From the NCBI GenBank assembly GCA_963788075.1, contig CAWBFI010000012.1, positions 109,482 through 173,481 on the forward strand: a stretch of 64,000 bases of DNA, given 5' to 3'. This DNA is from an uncultured Actinomycetota bacterium. Lineage in GTDB: Bacteria > Actinomycetota > Actinomycetes > Mycobacteriales > Mycobacteriaceae. The first letter of the stretch is position 1, and every line of letters begins with the position of its first letter. The notes under the pieces were generated by a model, which had not been told where the DNA came from, did no database searches, and saw only the letters and a list, made by a program, of their open reading frames with translations. A program made the position numbers and the translations under genes. This document shows positions 31,443 to 42,369 of this stretch, in pieces.

Positions 31443-32800
31443 TGCAGGGTCCTTTTCTGGGCGGCCCGCTCGTAGGCGGACAGGTCGATGACAGTGGAAT
31501 CGGTTGACGGGGTGAAGGATTCGATAACAGATGGATCGATGCTTGCCAGTTGACGCAGCTGGGCGGCGGCGGCTTTGGCCACCGGGCCCGGTGGGATGCG
31601 TTCCTTGCGTCGATGCGGGCGGCCGGTGGCCGCGGTGGCCATCGCCGCGGCATCCAAAGCGATGACGTGCCCGCTGTCGCGGACCATCACCCCGAGCCCG
31701 TCAGCGGCCATCCGATGGCGGGCGATGACGATCCCGCTGGGGGTGGCGATATCGCAGAATTCACCGCCGAGCGGGTGCGAAACCACCACTTGGGCTGCGG
31801 CCAGTTCGGGTGGCACCGAGTAGCGGTTACCGCGGTAGGACACCATCGCCTGGCGCGAGGCGGTGCGTTGTTCGGACACGATCACCGGATACGGCACCGC
31901 CGGCGGTGGGGACAGCGGCTCAGATTTGGCGACGGTGGCCACCGACGAGCGCCCATCGGCGGTCGCACGGATGCGGGTATCGCCACGCACCCGCGCGAAG
32001 CGGTCCACGCCGGCCTGGGCCGCCTCGACCGCCACATCGTCGGCCAGAGTGCGCCACCAGCGTTGCGCCGCGGTGTGGTTGACCTTCTCCACCACCCCCT
32101 TGCGGTTGCCGCGCCGCGCCGGGCAGATCGCCACCGACACGCCGTAGTGCTTGGCCACCCCCGCGAACGACGCGGTCACCCGCCCGCTGCCGGGGTCACA
32201 TACCGTGGCCATCCGGTCAAAGCGCCACACCCGCGATACGCCACCCAGGCCGCGCACGACCCGGTCGATCGCGGCGACCAGGTGCGGCTGATCGGTCGAC
32301 GGCGACAACGCCGCCCGCCACTTCCCGGAATGGGCCAGCGACCCGACCAACAGGTACGCGGTCTTGCCCCACCCCCAGGATGCCGGCGGATCGGGCAATT
32401 CCAGCCAGTCCCATTGGGTTTCGTCCCCGGGTGGATGCGGGATCACGGCGTTGGGTCGTTCGGTCGCGGTCCGGCAGGCCTCGCAGACCGGACGCAGGTT
32501 CCGTTGGCGGATGTTGCGGGTCAGGCTCTGATACGACAGCTCGAACCCGAGGTCCTCGAGTTCGTCGAACAGGGTGCGGCCCCACAGATGCGGGTCCTCG
32601 ACCAGGCGGGCGGTGACGTAGTCGACGAACGGGTCGAACGGGTCCGGCGACGGCCGCGCCCGCACCCCCGGTTTTTGTTCACCGTTGAGATACCGGCGGA
32701 CCGTCTTACGGTCGAACCCGGTGTGGCGGGCGATCGCCGAGATCGACCAACCACGTTTGCGCAGGGCATGTACTTCCACATCGTCCTCCCATGTGAGCAT
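31439..32800 (-). CDS. istA: IstA DDE transposase
   Basis: HTH start MLTWEDDVEVHALRKRG, TQWDW, RFDRM, RKGVVE. Confidence 0.92.
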   Translation of the reverse strand: MLTWEDDVEVHALRKRGWSISAIARHTGFDRKTVRRYLNGEQKPGVRARPSPDPFDPFVDYVTARLVEDPHLWGRTLFDELEDLGFELSYQSLTRNIRQRNLRPVCEACRTATERPNAVIPHPPGDETQWDWLELPDPPASWGWGKTAYLLVGSLAHSGKWRAALSPSTDQPHLVAAIDRVVRGLGGVSRVWRFDRMATVCDPGSGRVTASFAGVAKHYGVSVAICPARRGNRKGVVEKVNHTAAQRWWRTLADDVAVEAAQAGVDRFARVRGDTRIRATADGRSSVATVAKSEPLSPPPAVPYPVIVSEQRTASRQAMVSYRGNRYSVPPELAAAQVVVSHPLGGEFCDIATPSGIVIARHRMAADGLGVMVRDSGHVIALDAAAMATAATGRPHRRKERIPPGPVAKAAAAQLRQLASIDPSVIESFTPSTDSTVIDLSAYERAAQKRTLQ

Positions 32801-33274
32801 GAGAAAGCGCGCCTCCTTCAACACGGCAACTGGCGTCAGACACCAGCAGCATCGAAGGAGGCCCGCCCTTCTCGGCGGAGCCACACGGGTGGGGAATTTC
32901 GATGAGCGTCAGTGGGGAAATTCAGCGAGCGTCGTCAACGCTGTGCTACTACCTCAGCTGGCACACGAAACAGGCGTTGGCGCGGGTCCTATTCCAGGAC
33001 AACGACAACCCGCCGCCGCGGCCACCGCCTTCGCCGCCCAGCGCTCTGACTAAGCACGCAGGAAAGCCGCACGTACCGCACAGCCCGCTCGTCGACCGGT
33101 CAATAGTCTGTGTGCTCATCCACAGGTTCTGACCATTGCTCTCGCCGACCTGGCCAGCATCTACGCCAACCAGATTCAACCCATCGAGAACATGCCGGCA
33201 TTCACGCAGACCACCACCCTTACCCCGCTGCAGCTTAGAGCCTTCGGAGGCCTCGGCGTCTCTCACCGCTTGGG

Positions 33275-34846
33275 CTACACGGAGGTAGTAAGCCACACCA
33301 CCCACACCCAAAAGCACAGCTCAAGGCACGCTCGCCAACCGATCAGGGGGAACTTCGGATCGCAAGGAAGCCGAGTAGGAGTCCGGTCTAGGTGCGGGCC
33401 GGGCCCGGCCGGCCACGGGTCAATGCAACGTGAGGGAGCCGGCTTGCGCGCGTACGAGACAAGAACTGCTGCGCACGCAACCAGCCACAGGACCGGCGTG
33501 AGGGCCACTGTGGTGACTGCCACGGGGATGTGGCCGACTATGCCGCCCGCCCCGTTCTGGCCGGCTATCGGCGCCTGGATCACCAAATTCGGCAGGGTGA
33601 TTTGGACAATGCTGAGTGCCGCCGCCAGACTCACGCAGATGCCGACTGCATGGCGGCGATCGCTGAGAGGCTCGAGTCCATCGAAGATTCCGAATCCTGG
33701 TGGCCCATCCGGGTTCCGGGCCAGCAGCGCAGCTATTGGTAATACGAATACGAGGTAGTAGCGGCCGCTCTCGGCCGGAAAAAGCGAAGCGGTGGCCAAC
33801 AGCACAATGCCCGCCATGACAGGCGGGATGCGCCGCCCGACAGCCATAACGCAGACCACGACGAGAACCAGCACGACATACCCGAGCATTGATCGCGGAC
33901 CAGCGAGGAAGCCGTTCGGTATGGCGCCCGGGCCATGGGCCTTGATCATATCGGGGATCCAGAGGAGCCCCTTGGCGAAGGACACGTTAAAAATATCTGC
34001 ATGAGATTCGAACTCATCGAAGCCGAGGGTGTTGTGGATCGACTGCAGGATTGTCGTCGGGAAGTCCCGCGGCCACAGCAGATAGGCGACGAGGTTGGTG
34101 ATTACGGCTCCGGCCAGGGTGAGGCCGCCCCACCGCCATTGCCGTGCCGCGAACAACGCGACCGCCAGCACAAGAAACTGCGGTTTCACCAGCGCTGCCA
34201 AGACCACCATGATCGCCGCCAGCCTCCAGCGCCGTCGGCACAGCGCCACCAGAAACACCAGCGCGATGGGCACCAAGAAGCCCACCGAGTTGCCCCGATC
34301 GACTGCTATCCACGCCGGCATGGCCGCGAGACCTAACGCCACAACCACGGCCACCCGCTCCAGACCGCGAGCCCCCTGCGCCGCCCAGACCGCGGGAGTT
34401 AGGCAGGCCGTCGTCAAAGCCAGCCGATAGTCCGATAGCCCCAGTAGGGGGTTATGCAGTGAATTGCCCACAAACCCAAAGAACATGTGTGGCCACATCC
34501 CAGCGGCCAAGTAGTTATTGTCAGCCGACTTGAAGTTGGGGAGAGGGTAGGGCTCCCAGGGGTCGGGTCTCATCCCCAAGCTCAGCACCATCGAATAGTC
34601 GCTAAAGCAGTGTCGGCCGACCTTCATGGGCCAATCGAGGAGGCAATCCTCAGGGACAGAAACAAGAGAGGAAAGCACATCGATTGAGTAGTAACGGGCG
34701 AGCACAAAGGCCGTGAGAACCGAAACGGCCGACGCCAGCAGGATAGTGCCGAGCAAGATGGTGCGCTCAGACTGGCTGGCAACCAGCAACAGCCGCCCCC
34801 GGATCGCCGAGACTGGACCCTGGAGCAGCTCGAGGGGTCGGTTCAC
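33275..34846 (-). CDS. GT87/DUF2029-like GT-C glycosyltransferase, paralog 3 (C-terminus runs into the IS1634 end)
   Basis: HCFSDY, VDRGNS, LVKP; last 28 codons lie in IS sequence. Confidence 0.8.
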   Translation of the reverse strand: MNRPLELLQGPVSAIRGRLLLVASQSERTILLGTILLASAVSVLTAFVLARYYSIDVLSSLVSVPEDCLLDWPMKVGRHCFSDYSMVLSLGMRPDPWEPYPLPNFKSADNNYLAAGMWPHMFFGFVGNSLHNPLLGLSDYRLALTTACLTPAVWAAQGARGLERVAVVVALGLAAMPAWIAVDRGNSVGFLVPIALVFLVALCRRRWRLAAIMVVLAALVKPQFLVLAVALFAARQWRWGGLTLAGAVITNLVAYLLWPRDFPTTILQSIHNTLGFDEFESHADIFNVSFAKGLLWIPDMIKAHGPGAIPNGFLAGPRSMLGYVVLVLVVVCVMAVGRRIPPVMAGIVLLATASLFPAESGRYYLVFVLPIAALLARNPDGPPGFGIFDGLEPLSDRRHAVGICVSLAAALSIVQITLPNLVIQAPIAGQNGAGGIVGHIPVAVTTVALTPVLWLVACAAVLVSYARKPAPSRCIDPWPAGPGPHLDRTPTRLPCDPKFPLIGWRACLELCFWVWVVWLTTSV

Positions 34847-34908
34847 TGCCTTTCCTCCCGTTTACCCGACACGGTGACGCAAGCAGCGCCGCAGCTCGGC
34901 TGCGCGGC

Positions 34909-34914
34909 AGTCTA
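34909..34914 (-). promoter_or_regulatory. -10 box (TAGACT) of GT87 paralog 3
   Basis: Same leader as paralogs 1 and 2; IS630 begins 24 bp further upstream. Confidence 0.5.
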
Positions 34915-34983
34915 ACCCGATACCCTCATCACTGACCTAGTGCTGTGTCCTGGATTTAGCTGACTCTTTCAAGGGCGATGCGG

Positions 34984-36434
34984 GAGGTTGTCCCGTTCTT
35001 CGTGGAATTTGAGGTGGCGGTCCCTCACCTGAGGCCTGCCTGATGGTAGGTCTTCGGGTGAACGACCAAGAACACCCACGAAGGAAGGGACCGCCATGAG
35101 AACCGTACCTACTGTCCGCCTCGCTGAGACGACTGACGCCGCCGTACTGCCCGATCTGCCGGAGGAGATCGTCCTGGCGCTGACCGACATCGCTGGTGCG
35201 GCCCGAGAGGGGCTGCTGGCGATGAGCGTGGCCGCCGGGATGGCAGTGATGCGGGCACTGTTTGAGGCCGAGATCGCCGAGGTGGTCGGACCGAAAGGCA
35301 AGCATGATCCGAACCGGGCCGCGGTGCGTCATGGCGGCGGGCGCGGCTCGGTCACGCTGGGCGGGCGTCGGGTGTCGGTGGATCGGCCGCGGGCCCGCAC
35401 CTGCGATGGGCACGAGGTGCCGCTGGCCTGCTATACCCACTTCGCTACCGAGGATGTGCTGACGGCCGTGGTGATGGAGCGGATGCTGGCCGGGGTGGCC
35501 ACCCGCCGGCACGCGCGGGTCGCCGAGCCGGTTGGCACCGTGGTCGACAAGGAGACGAAAGCGACTAGCCGCTCGGCGATTTCGCGCCGATTCGTCAAAC
35601 AGACCGAGACTGCGCTGGCCGAGTTGATGGCCCGCGACCTGGTGGGCGAGGACATCAAGGTGCTCATGCTTGATGGTGAGCACATGGCCGAGCGCTGCGT
35701 GGTAGTGGCGCTGGCCATCACCGCCGACGGAACCAAAAAGCCGGTCGGGCTGTGGGACGGTTCCACGGAGAATAAGACCGTGGTGCGTTCGCTGTTGGCC
35801 GACCTGGTCGAGCGTGGCCTGCGCTTCGATGACGGGCTGTTGGTGGTCGTCGACGGCGCCAAGGCGCTCGCGGCCGCGGTACGAGAGGTGTTCGGCGCCA
35901 AGGCCATCATCCAAAGATGCACCCTGCACAAGCGGCGGAATGTCGCCGAGCACCTGCCCGACAAAGACAAGCAGTGGGTAGATGCCAAGCTAGTCAAGGC
36001 ATTTGGTCATGCCGACCCAGACACCGGGCTGGCCAACGCCAAAAAGCTTGCCGCGCAACTGGATAAGAGCTACCCGGGCGCGGCCGCCTCACTGCGTGAA
36101 GGCCTGGAGGAAATGTTCACCGTCGCGCGGCTGGGCATCGAAGGCCGGCTGGCCAAGAGCCTGACCACCTCCAACCCGGTCGAGTCGATGATCTCGATAG
36201 CCCGCACCACCAACCGTAATGTCACCCGCTGGCGCGACGGGCAGATGGTGCTGCGCTGGACCGCGGCCGGCATGCTCAACGCCGAACGGTCGTTCCGTCG
36301 CATCAAGGGCTACAAGCAGATGCCCCAGCTCGCCGACGCCCTGCGCCGACACGCCAACCCCGACACCGTCGGTACCGCCGCATAGAGTTCACCATGGATC
36401 GCCACCAAAAATCCACGCGACTCGGGACATGCTC
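34984..36434 (+). mobile_element. IS256-family element A
   Basis: GAG...CTC imperfect IRs; 8-bp target duplication CGATGCGG (34976-83 / 36435-42). Confidence 0.92.
35096..36385 (+). CDS. IS256-family transposase
   Basis: LMLDG, VVDGAKAL, QRCTLHK, TSNPVES. Confidence 0.93.
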   Translation: MRTVPTVRLAETTDAAVLPDLPEEIVLALTDIAGAAREGLLAMSVAAGMAVMRALFEAEIAEVVGPKGKHDPNRAAVRHGGGRGSVTLGGRRVSVDRPRARTCDGHEVPLACYTHFATEDVLTAVVMERMLAGVATRRHARVAEPVGTVVDKETKATSRSAISRRFVKQTETALAELMARDLVGEDIKVLMLDGEHMAERCVVVALAITADGTKKPVGLWDGSTENKTVVRSLLADLVERGLRFDDGLLVVVDGAKALAAAVREVFGAKAIIQRCTLHKRRNVAEHLPDKDKQWVDAKLVKAFGHADPDTGLANAKKLAAQLDKSYPGAAASLREGLEEMFTVARLGIEGRLAKSLTTSNPVESMISIARTTNRNVTRWRDGQMVLRWTAAGMLNAERSFRRIKGYKQMPQLADALRRHANPDTVGTAA

Positions 36435-36735
36435 CGATGCGGCCGCGTGCGACTTTATCGAGGATGGATTGGGCGGTCGCTGTCCACACGTAAGGCCGTG
36501 GGTCGTCATTGTGTGCGTCGATGTATTCCTGGATCGAGGCGATCAGGTCGGGAACGGAATGAAATGCCCCGCGCCGCAACGCCTTGTCGGTCAGCTCGCG
36601 AAACCACCGTTCCACCAGGTTCAACCAGGATGAGGATGTCGGGGTGAAATGCAGGTGGAACCGAGGATGATTGTCCAGCCAGGTGCGGACGTCTTGGTGT
36701 TTGTGGGTGGCGTAGTTGTCGCAGATCAGGTGGAT
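36435..36735 (-). pseudogene. IS630 transposase, 3' fragment
   Basis: HLICDNYATHK...FTPTSSSWLNLVERWF. Confidence 0.88.
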
Positions 36736-36765
36736 TAAAGTTCCCCCGGTTCTCCGGAGACTTTT

Positions 36766-37114
36766 CTATCTGGATTCGGCTGGCTCGGGTTGGAGCCTAT
36801 CCGGTTGGTGTTCGTCGTGTTCGGTGTAGTAGGCCTCCTCGTATTCGTCGGGTGAAAGTCCGTTAAGACCGGCTTGGATGCGGCGCGGGTTGTACCAGCC
36901 GTCGATGTAGCGGAACAGTGCCGCTTCTGCTTCCGCTCTGGTAGCGAAAGTGATTGCAGGCCAGTATATTAGCTCGATTTTCAGGGTTGACCACAGGTTT
37001 TCCGCCAACGCATTGTCGAAGCTATCCCCGACGCTTCCGGTGGAGGGGGCGATGCCGGAGTCGCACAGTCGCTGGGTGAACCGGACCGCAGTATATTGAC
37101 AGCCCTTGTCGCTA
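36766..37114 (-). pseudogene. IS3-B OrfB, 3' fragment
   Basis: SDKGCQYT...GSVGDSFDNALAENLW. Confidence 0.88.
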
Positions 37115-37232
37115 TTAAGCCGGATCCGGCTTAATAGCGATTATGCCGAGGTTTGCTTTAAGCCGAGGATCTGCGGAGATGGCCTGCGCTCGTGGTGGTT
37201 GCTGGTGGATTTCTCGGCTTAACGTTTCGCGG

Positions 37233-38273
37233 CTATCGCAGGCTGTAGAGGGTTTGGAGTTGGTCTTCGGTGAGTGGCTCGGTGGCCGCGGTGTTGATGG
37301 CGGGGGTGGCGGCGTTGATGGCTTGTCGCATCATGTCCAGGGTCGCAAAGGCATAGAACGCTGCTGTGGTGGAAGCGTTTTCGTGGCCGAGGAGGCGCAT
37401 GATGATCGGCAGCGGGATACCCTGCTGGTAGAGATCCATCGCCTTGGTTTTGCGCAGCAGGTGGCAGTGGATGTTCGCCGGGATCGAAAGGCATTGAGCA
37501 CGAGCGGATTCGGCGGCTTGCTTGAGCACGGCGGCGACCGTGTCAGCGGACAGTTCGGCAGGTCGCCCGCGGTGCAGACTGTAGAACAATGGCCTGGTCG
37601 CGGGGAGTTTGGTGATATTCGGGTGGAACTCATCGAGGTAGACGTGCAGGTGCTCGACGGTCTTCTCGGTGAGCGGTACGACGCGGGTCTTGTTGCCCTT
37701 GCCGGTAAGCAGGATGTGCCCGGGCTCGGTCAGGCACAGATCCTGCAGGGTCAAGCCCGTGATCTCGCCCACGCGAGCCGCGGTGTCGTAGAGCAGGATC
37801 AGCAGCATCCGGTTCCTCCGAGATTTCGCTGTTTGCCCGGTGAACGCGGCAAGGATCGCACGCGTTTGAGCTTCGGTGAGGTACTCGATGGGCCTGCGGG
37901 GGCCAGCCGGCGCTTTGAGTGCTTTGGCTGATTGGCTGAGCGCGACGAGCGTGAGATCTTCGTAGGCCGCGTAGGTCAGGAACGCTTTGACCGCGCTCAG
38001 ACGCAACCTGACGGTCTTGGGCGTGTAGTGCCGCTGATCGGTCATCCAGGTCAGCCATCCTTTCAGGTGCCGGCGGTCGAAGTGATCGAAGCTGACGTGC
38101 TCACGTCCGATGTGCTCGGCCTCGGCGAGGTAGTCCAGGAAGCACTCCAGGCTGATCCGGTAGGCCTCAATCGTTTTCGGCGACAGTCCTCTGGTCTTGG
38201 GCATGTAGGCGTGCAGATAATCGCGGGCGAACCTGAAGAAGTCCGGTGCGCCGGTATGTGGGTCGCGTCTCAT
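37233..38273 (-). CDS. RitC tyrosine recombinase
   Basis: [38 protein letters not shown]. Confidence 0.9.
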   Translation of the reverse strand: MRRDPHTGAPDFFRFARDYLHAYMPKTRGLSPKTIEAYRISLECFLDYLAEAEHIGREHVSFDHFDRRHLKGWLTWMTDQRHYTPKTVRLRLSAVKAFLTYAAYEDLTLVALSQSAKALKAPAGPRRPIEYLTEAQTRAILAAFTGQTAKSRRNRMLLILLYDTAARVGEITGLTLQDLCLTEPGHILLTGKGNKTRVVPLTEKTVEHLHVYLDEFHPNITKLPATRPLFYSLHRGRPAELSADTVAAVLKQAAESARAQCLSIPANIHCHLLRKTKAMDLYQQGIPLPIIMRLLGHENASTTAAFYAFATLDMMRQAINAATPAINTAATEPLTEDQLQTLYSLR

Positions 38274-39223
38274 CAGAATCCCACCTGCGGTAGCAGGGAC
38301 TGGCGTTGTCGGGTGATGCCGGCGTAGGTGGCCATGAAATCGGGCGACGTGTGCACGTAGTAGTACGTGCTCTCAAAGGTTGCGTGGCCCATGTAACGAG
38401 ACAGGTAGGGCAGCATCGCGGTGACGTCGTCGCCGGCGGTCATCCATCGCTGGATGTTGGCGTAGGCGAAGTGATGCCGGAAATCGTAGGGGCGTGGCTG
38501 TTGGCCGGCCGCGGGCCGGGGCAGCCCGGCCTGGTCCCAGATGCGGCCGAACATTTTCCCGACCGTTGCCGCGCTGACCTGGTTACCGGTAGCAGAGACG
38601 AAGAACGTGCGACGCGAGGCGAAATGTGCTCGCGACGTCCGGTCGCACGTGTCGAGGATCTCGATAACCCGATCAGTCAGCGGCAGCCTGCGGCTGCGAT
38701 GTCCTTTGGACCAGACGATGTCGATGTGCCCGGCATCAAGGTCGACCTGACCGGTCTGCAGAGCGCGGGTTTCGCCGGTCCGCAGCCCGCACGAGTGCAT
38801 CAGCGTGAAGAACGCGACCGCCTGCCACCGCCACGGGGATGGTGCCTGTAGTTGTGTTGCGGCGGTGAAGAAAAACTCGATCTCACGCCGGGCCAACAGA
38901 TAGGCATGCGCGGCAACGAAAGAGGCTTTCCACCGGTCGGAGAGCACATAGGCGTCGTTGGCCCCGTTGGTATTCAGCCACCGGCCGACGTCACGGATGT
39001 AGGACATCCAGGACCGGTAGCGGCCGCAACGTTGCAGCTGAACACCGACCCAGCCTTCGACAGTTTCTTTGTCGAACACCGTGCGGTCGTGCTCGGCGCA
39101 GTAGGCGTCGAACTTCCTCAGGTACCAGATGCGGGAAGCGCCAGTGAATCCCATGTTCGCCTTGAACGCCAGGTACGCATCCAACTCGGTGGCGAACGCG
39201 CTGGTGAAGCCGTGGCCACTCAT
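38273..39223 (-). CDS. RitB tyrosine recombinase
   Basis: [35 protein letters not shown]. Confidence 0.9.
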   Translation of the reverse strand: MSGHGFTSAFATELDAYLAFKANMGFTGASRIWYLRKFDAYCAEHDRTVFDKETVEGWVGVQLQRCGRYRSWMSYIRDVGRWLNTNGANDAYVLSDRWKASFVAAHAYLLARREIEFFFTAATQLQAPSPWRWQAVAFFTLMHSCGLRTGETRALQTGQVDLDAGHIDIVWSKGHRSRRLPLTDRVIEILDTCDRTSRAHFASRRTFFVSATGNQVSAATVGKMFGRIWDQAGLPRPAAGQQPRPYDFRHHFAYANIQRWMTAGDDVTAMLPYLSRYMGHATFESTYYYVHTSPDFMATYAGITRQRQSLLPQVGF

Positions 39224-39313
39224 GACCGCACGGCTTCTGGGACCGGCAGGACGCAGTCGAGCAGACGTAGCCGGTCGACGCTCATGTAGAGGTTCGTCGA
39301 TTCTTCGCTGGCG
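39220..39313 (-). pseudogene. RitA of RIT-B, 3' fragment
   Basis: [30 protein letters not shown]-stop; ATGA overlap with ritB. Confidence 0.85.
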
Positions 39314-39390
39314 TGTTTGATATACGGGTGATCTGAGGCGGGTCGACCACCCGGGCGTGGGTCGGTTGACCGACGAGCGAGGAGACCCCG

Positions 39391-40443
39391 ATGGACCAGT
39401 TTATGCCGTGCTTGATCCGTCACCATCGTGGGGTGGAGCTCGTCGCGATCACCCTGGGGCATCCGCTGCTGGATGACTATCTGGCCTTCGTTGCGGCGCG
39501 TGCCAGGACCAATACCTGGCTGGCGGTGGCGTCGGATTTGAAGATCTTCTTTGGTGTGGTTGCTAAGCAGCCAGCGCAGGTCAACGCTGCAGATGTCTTC
39601 GCGTTCTTGGCATCTCAACGTACTTCCCGCTTGGGCGAGCGGGTGGTGCGATTGGAGGACGGCGAGCCGGGCCTGGCGGCGCGCACGATCGCCCGCCGGT
39701 TGTCCAGTGTGCGTGGCCTGTACGCCTATCTCGCGGCCCGGGGTGACACCGGCGTGAGCCGCAACCCGGTTCCGACCAGCCTGGCCGCCCGCCGCCCCGG
39801 TGCTCGGCGCGGCAAGGGCGGGGTGCCGTTGATCCGCACCCCTCGTACGCTGCCGCGGGTGCTGGCGCCAAGCGAGGTCGACGCGCTGCGGGCGGTGCTG
39901 CGCACTCATCGCGACCGGGCCATGGTCGAGGCGATGCTGCTGGGTGGCCTGCGACGCTGCGAGGTGCTCGGTCTGCGCCTCGACGACGTCAACGTCGGCG
40001 AGCGGCGGGTGTTCGTGGCCGAGGGCAAGGGCGGTCGGCAGCGGATGGTGCCGGTATCGGCGCGGTTTTTCGCCTCGCTCGGGGACTATCTGGATCAGGA
40101 GTGGCCGCGAGGGTCGAGTGATCGGGTGTTCGTGGTGTTGAAGGGGCCGCGGCGTGGTGAGCCGTTGTCTGCGGCGGGTCTGGATGAGATTCTCGACGGT
40201 GCGCGCGGTCGCGCCGGGCTGACTCAGGCGACGTGCCATCAGCTGCGGCATACCTGTTTCACCCGGCTGCGGGAGGCCGGGATGGCACTGGAGGCCATCC
40301 AAGCCCAGGCCGGCCACGCCTCGATCGACTCCACCCGCATCTATCTGCACCTGGCCAACGACTGGTTGGAACGGGAGTACCTGCGAGCCGCCGAAGCGAT
40401 CGAGGCGCAGGTCGTCGCGTCCGGCGAGGCGGCCGAGGAATGA
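39391..40443 (+). CDS. TnpA-like tyrosine recombinase
   Basis: LGGLRRCE, GKGGRQR, CHQLRH, AGHASIDSTRIY; AGGAG RBS. Confidence 0.88.
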   Translation: MDQFMPCLIRHHRGVELVAITLGHPLLDDYLAFVAARARTNTWLAVASDLKIFFGVVAKQPAQVNAADVFAFLASQRTSRLGERVVRLEDGEPGLAARTIARRLSSVRGLYAYLAARGDTGVSRNPVPTSLAARRPGARRGKGGVPLIRTPRTLPRVLAPSEVDALRAVLRTHRDRAMVEAMLLGGLRRCEVLGLRLDDVNVGERRVFVAEGKGGRQRMVPVSARFFASLGDYLDQEWPRGSSDRVFVVLKGPRRGEPLSAAGLDEILDGARGRAGLTQATCHQLRHTCFTRLREAGMALEAIQAQAGHASIDSTRIYLHLANDWLEREYLRAAEAIEAQVVASGEAAEE

Positions 40444-42267
40444 ACCGGTCACCAGCACATCGCCACGACATCGAGGAGCTCGTCGAGGCGTATCGGGCCG
40501 ACCTCGTCGCGGCCGGGATGTTCGCCGGACACCCGGTGACCTCGGTGGCGCGCACGTTTCTCACCCGCGTTGGGGTGGCCGGCTGGTCGGCGTTGCCGCT
40601 GGCATCGCAGTGCGCATTGCCGCTGAAGGACCGACGGGTGGTCGGTTGGCTGATCGTGACGGGACGGCTGCGGCCCAGCCCCGACTATCTCGTGGCGTGC
40701 CGGCCCTACCTCGGCGAAGTCGCCGCCCATCATCACCGCAGGTTCCACGAACGGTTCACCGCGACCTCCGCCGAGCTCGGGTTTGATTCCCTCGTGACCC
40801 GCCTGCAGTGGTCCGCCCTGGCCAAGGTGGCAGCGCTGGCCGGGCTGACTCCCCAGCGGCTGACCCAGCCGGTGATCGACGCACAGCGAAAAGCGTTGAC
40901 CGCCGCGATAACTCGCCACCGACCCGACAGCCACGGCGCCAAGGCGCTCAGCGCGGCGCTGTTCGGTGCGCAGACCACTTTGTTCCACCTCGGCGTCCTT
41001 GACACCGCTCCCCGCAAAACAGCCCCAGACCGCTCGGCCGAGCGGGCCGCCCAGTGGGCGGCGGTCCCGCCACGGCTGGCCACCACCCTCACCGGGTACA
41101 TCGCCCAGACACGGCTGTCGCTGCGGGCCTCGACAATGGTGCGCGTCGAGGGCGTGCTGCGGGAGTTCGCCGGCTGGCTGGCCGTCAACGCCCCCGAGGT
41201 GCTCTGCGTCGCCGATCTGCGTCGGGCACACATCGAGGCCTACAAGCTGCACCTGTCCACCCGGCCCTCGGCCCGCGGCGGCCGGTTGTCCAAGATCAGT
41301 CTCGCCGAACACCTTGGCACCCTGCGCACCTGCTTCGAGCGGCTCACCGAATGGGACGGCGACGACATCCCCGCCCGCGTGCTCATGTTCCCCGGCGACC
41401 TGCCGCTGCGCGACGACCCGCTGCCCAGATTCCTCGACGACGCCGCGTTCACCAAGCTCCTGCAGGCCGCGCGCGCCGACGACGACCCGTTCGTGCGACT
41501 GTGCGTGGAGTTCCTGGCCCGCACCGGCCTGCGCAAGGGCGAATTCCTCGACCTCACAGTCGATTCCGTCGTGCAGATCGGCGCCGCGTACTGGTTGCAC
41601 GTGCCGCTCGGCAAACTGCGCACCGACCGCTACATCCCCTTGCATCCCCAACTCAAGGATCTCCTCGACACCTGGATCGCCACTCGACCCACCAGCCTGC
41701 GCAGCCGCTACCTGTTCGTCGAGTACGGCCAACGCATCGGCGAAGGCCGCGTCGACCGGGCAGTAGCCAAAGCCGCGAAAGCGGCTGGCATCGGCCGTGT
41801 TTCGCCCCACCGCCTCAGGCATACCTTGGCGACCCAGGCGATCAACCGCGGCATGACCCTCGAAGCCCTGGCCGCGTTGTTGGGGCACCGATCGATGCGG
41901 ATGACCCTCGTGTACGCCCGAATCGCCGACCCGCACCGTCGCCGACGAATACTTCTCCGTCAGCGAAAAGGTCGAAGCCCTCTACAACCAACCACGCGCA
42001 CTGCCCGCCGACGCCGAAGGCGCCGAAATGCGCAAGCTCCGTGTCGAGATGCACCGCCGGATGCTCGGCAACGGCTACTGCGCCCGACCCGTCGGCCTGG
42101 ACTGCCACTTCGAATCCATCTGCGAATCCTGCACTTTCTTCCAGACCACCATCGAATTCCGCCCGACCCTGCAGGCACAACGCGACGACGCCGCCGAGAA
42201 AGGACAACTCGGCCGCCAGAAAGTGTTCGACGGACTGCTCGCCCGACTCGATCAGACCGCCTCCTGA
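40440..42267 (+). pseudogene. TnpB-like large tyrosine recombinase, +1 frameshift near 41931
   Basis: TGLRKGE, PHRLRHT, LGHRSMRMTLVYARIAD, then in another frame RMLGNGYCARP..CHFESICESC. Confidence 0.82.
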
Positions 42268-42369
42268 CAAGACGCACTTGATGCGATGAAGGGGCGGGGC
42301 CTCCGCTCCTCGTGACGTTCCCGGCGGATGCTGGGGGTGTTCACTTTCCACGAATCATGGGAGGCCCCT

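Larger units (their letters stand above)
30529..32937 (-). mobile_element. IS21-family element B (apparently intact)
   Basis: TG...CA ends with repeated GGGGAA(A)TT sites; 4-bp target duplication ACGC (30525-8 / 32938-41). Confidence 0.9.
30296..33358 (+). mobile_element. IS1634-family remnant interrupted by IS21-B
   Basis: GYKNLADVERVF...HRLADRV.AHMSLRTL joins across IS21-B to CYYLSWH..QALA..LFQDND; GGGGAACTTCGG end at 33358. Confidence 0.75.

Noticed and set aside
40233-42281. 682-aa ORF as an intact TnpB
   Set aside because: Its N-terminus overlaps tnpA out of frame and its last ~110 residues are out of frame; the true Cys-rich tail is in 42028-42267
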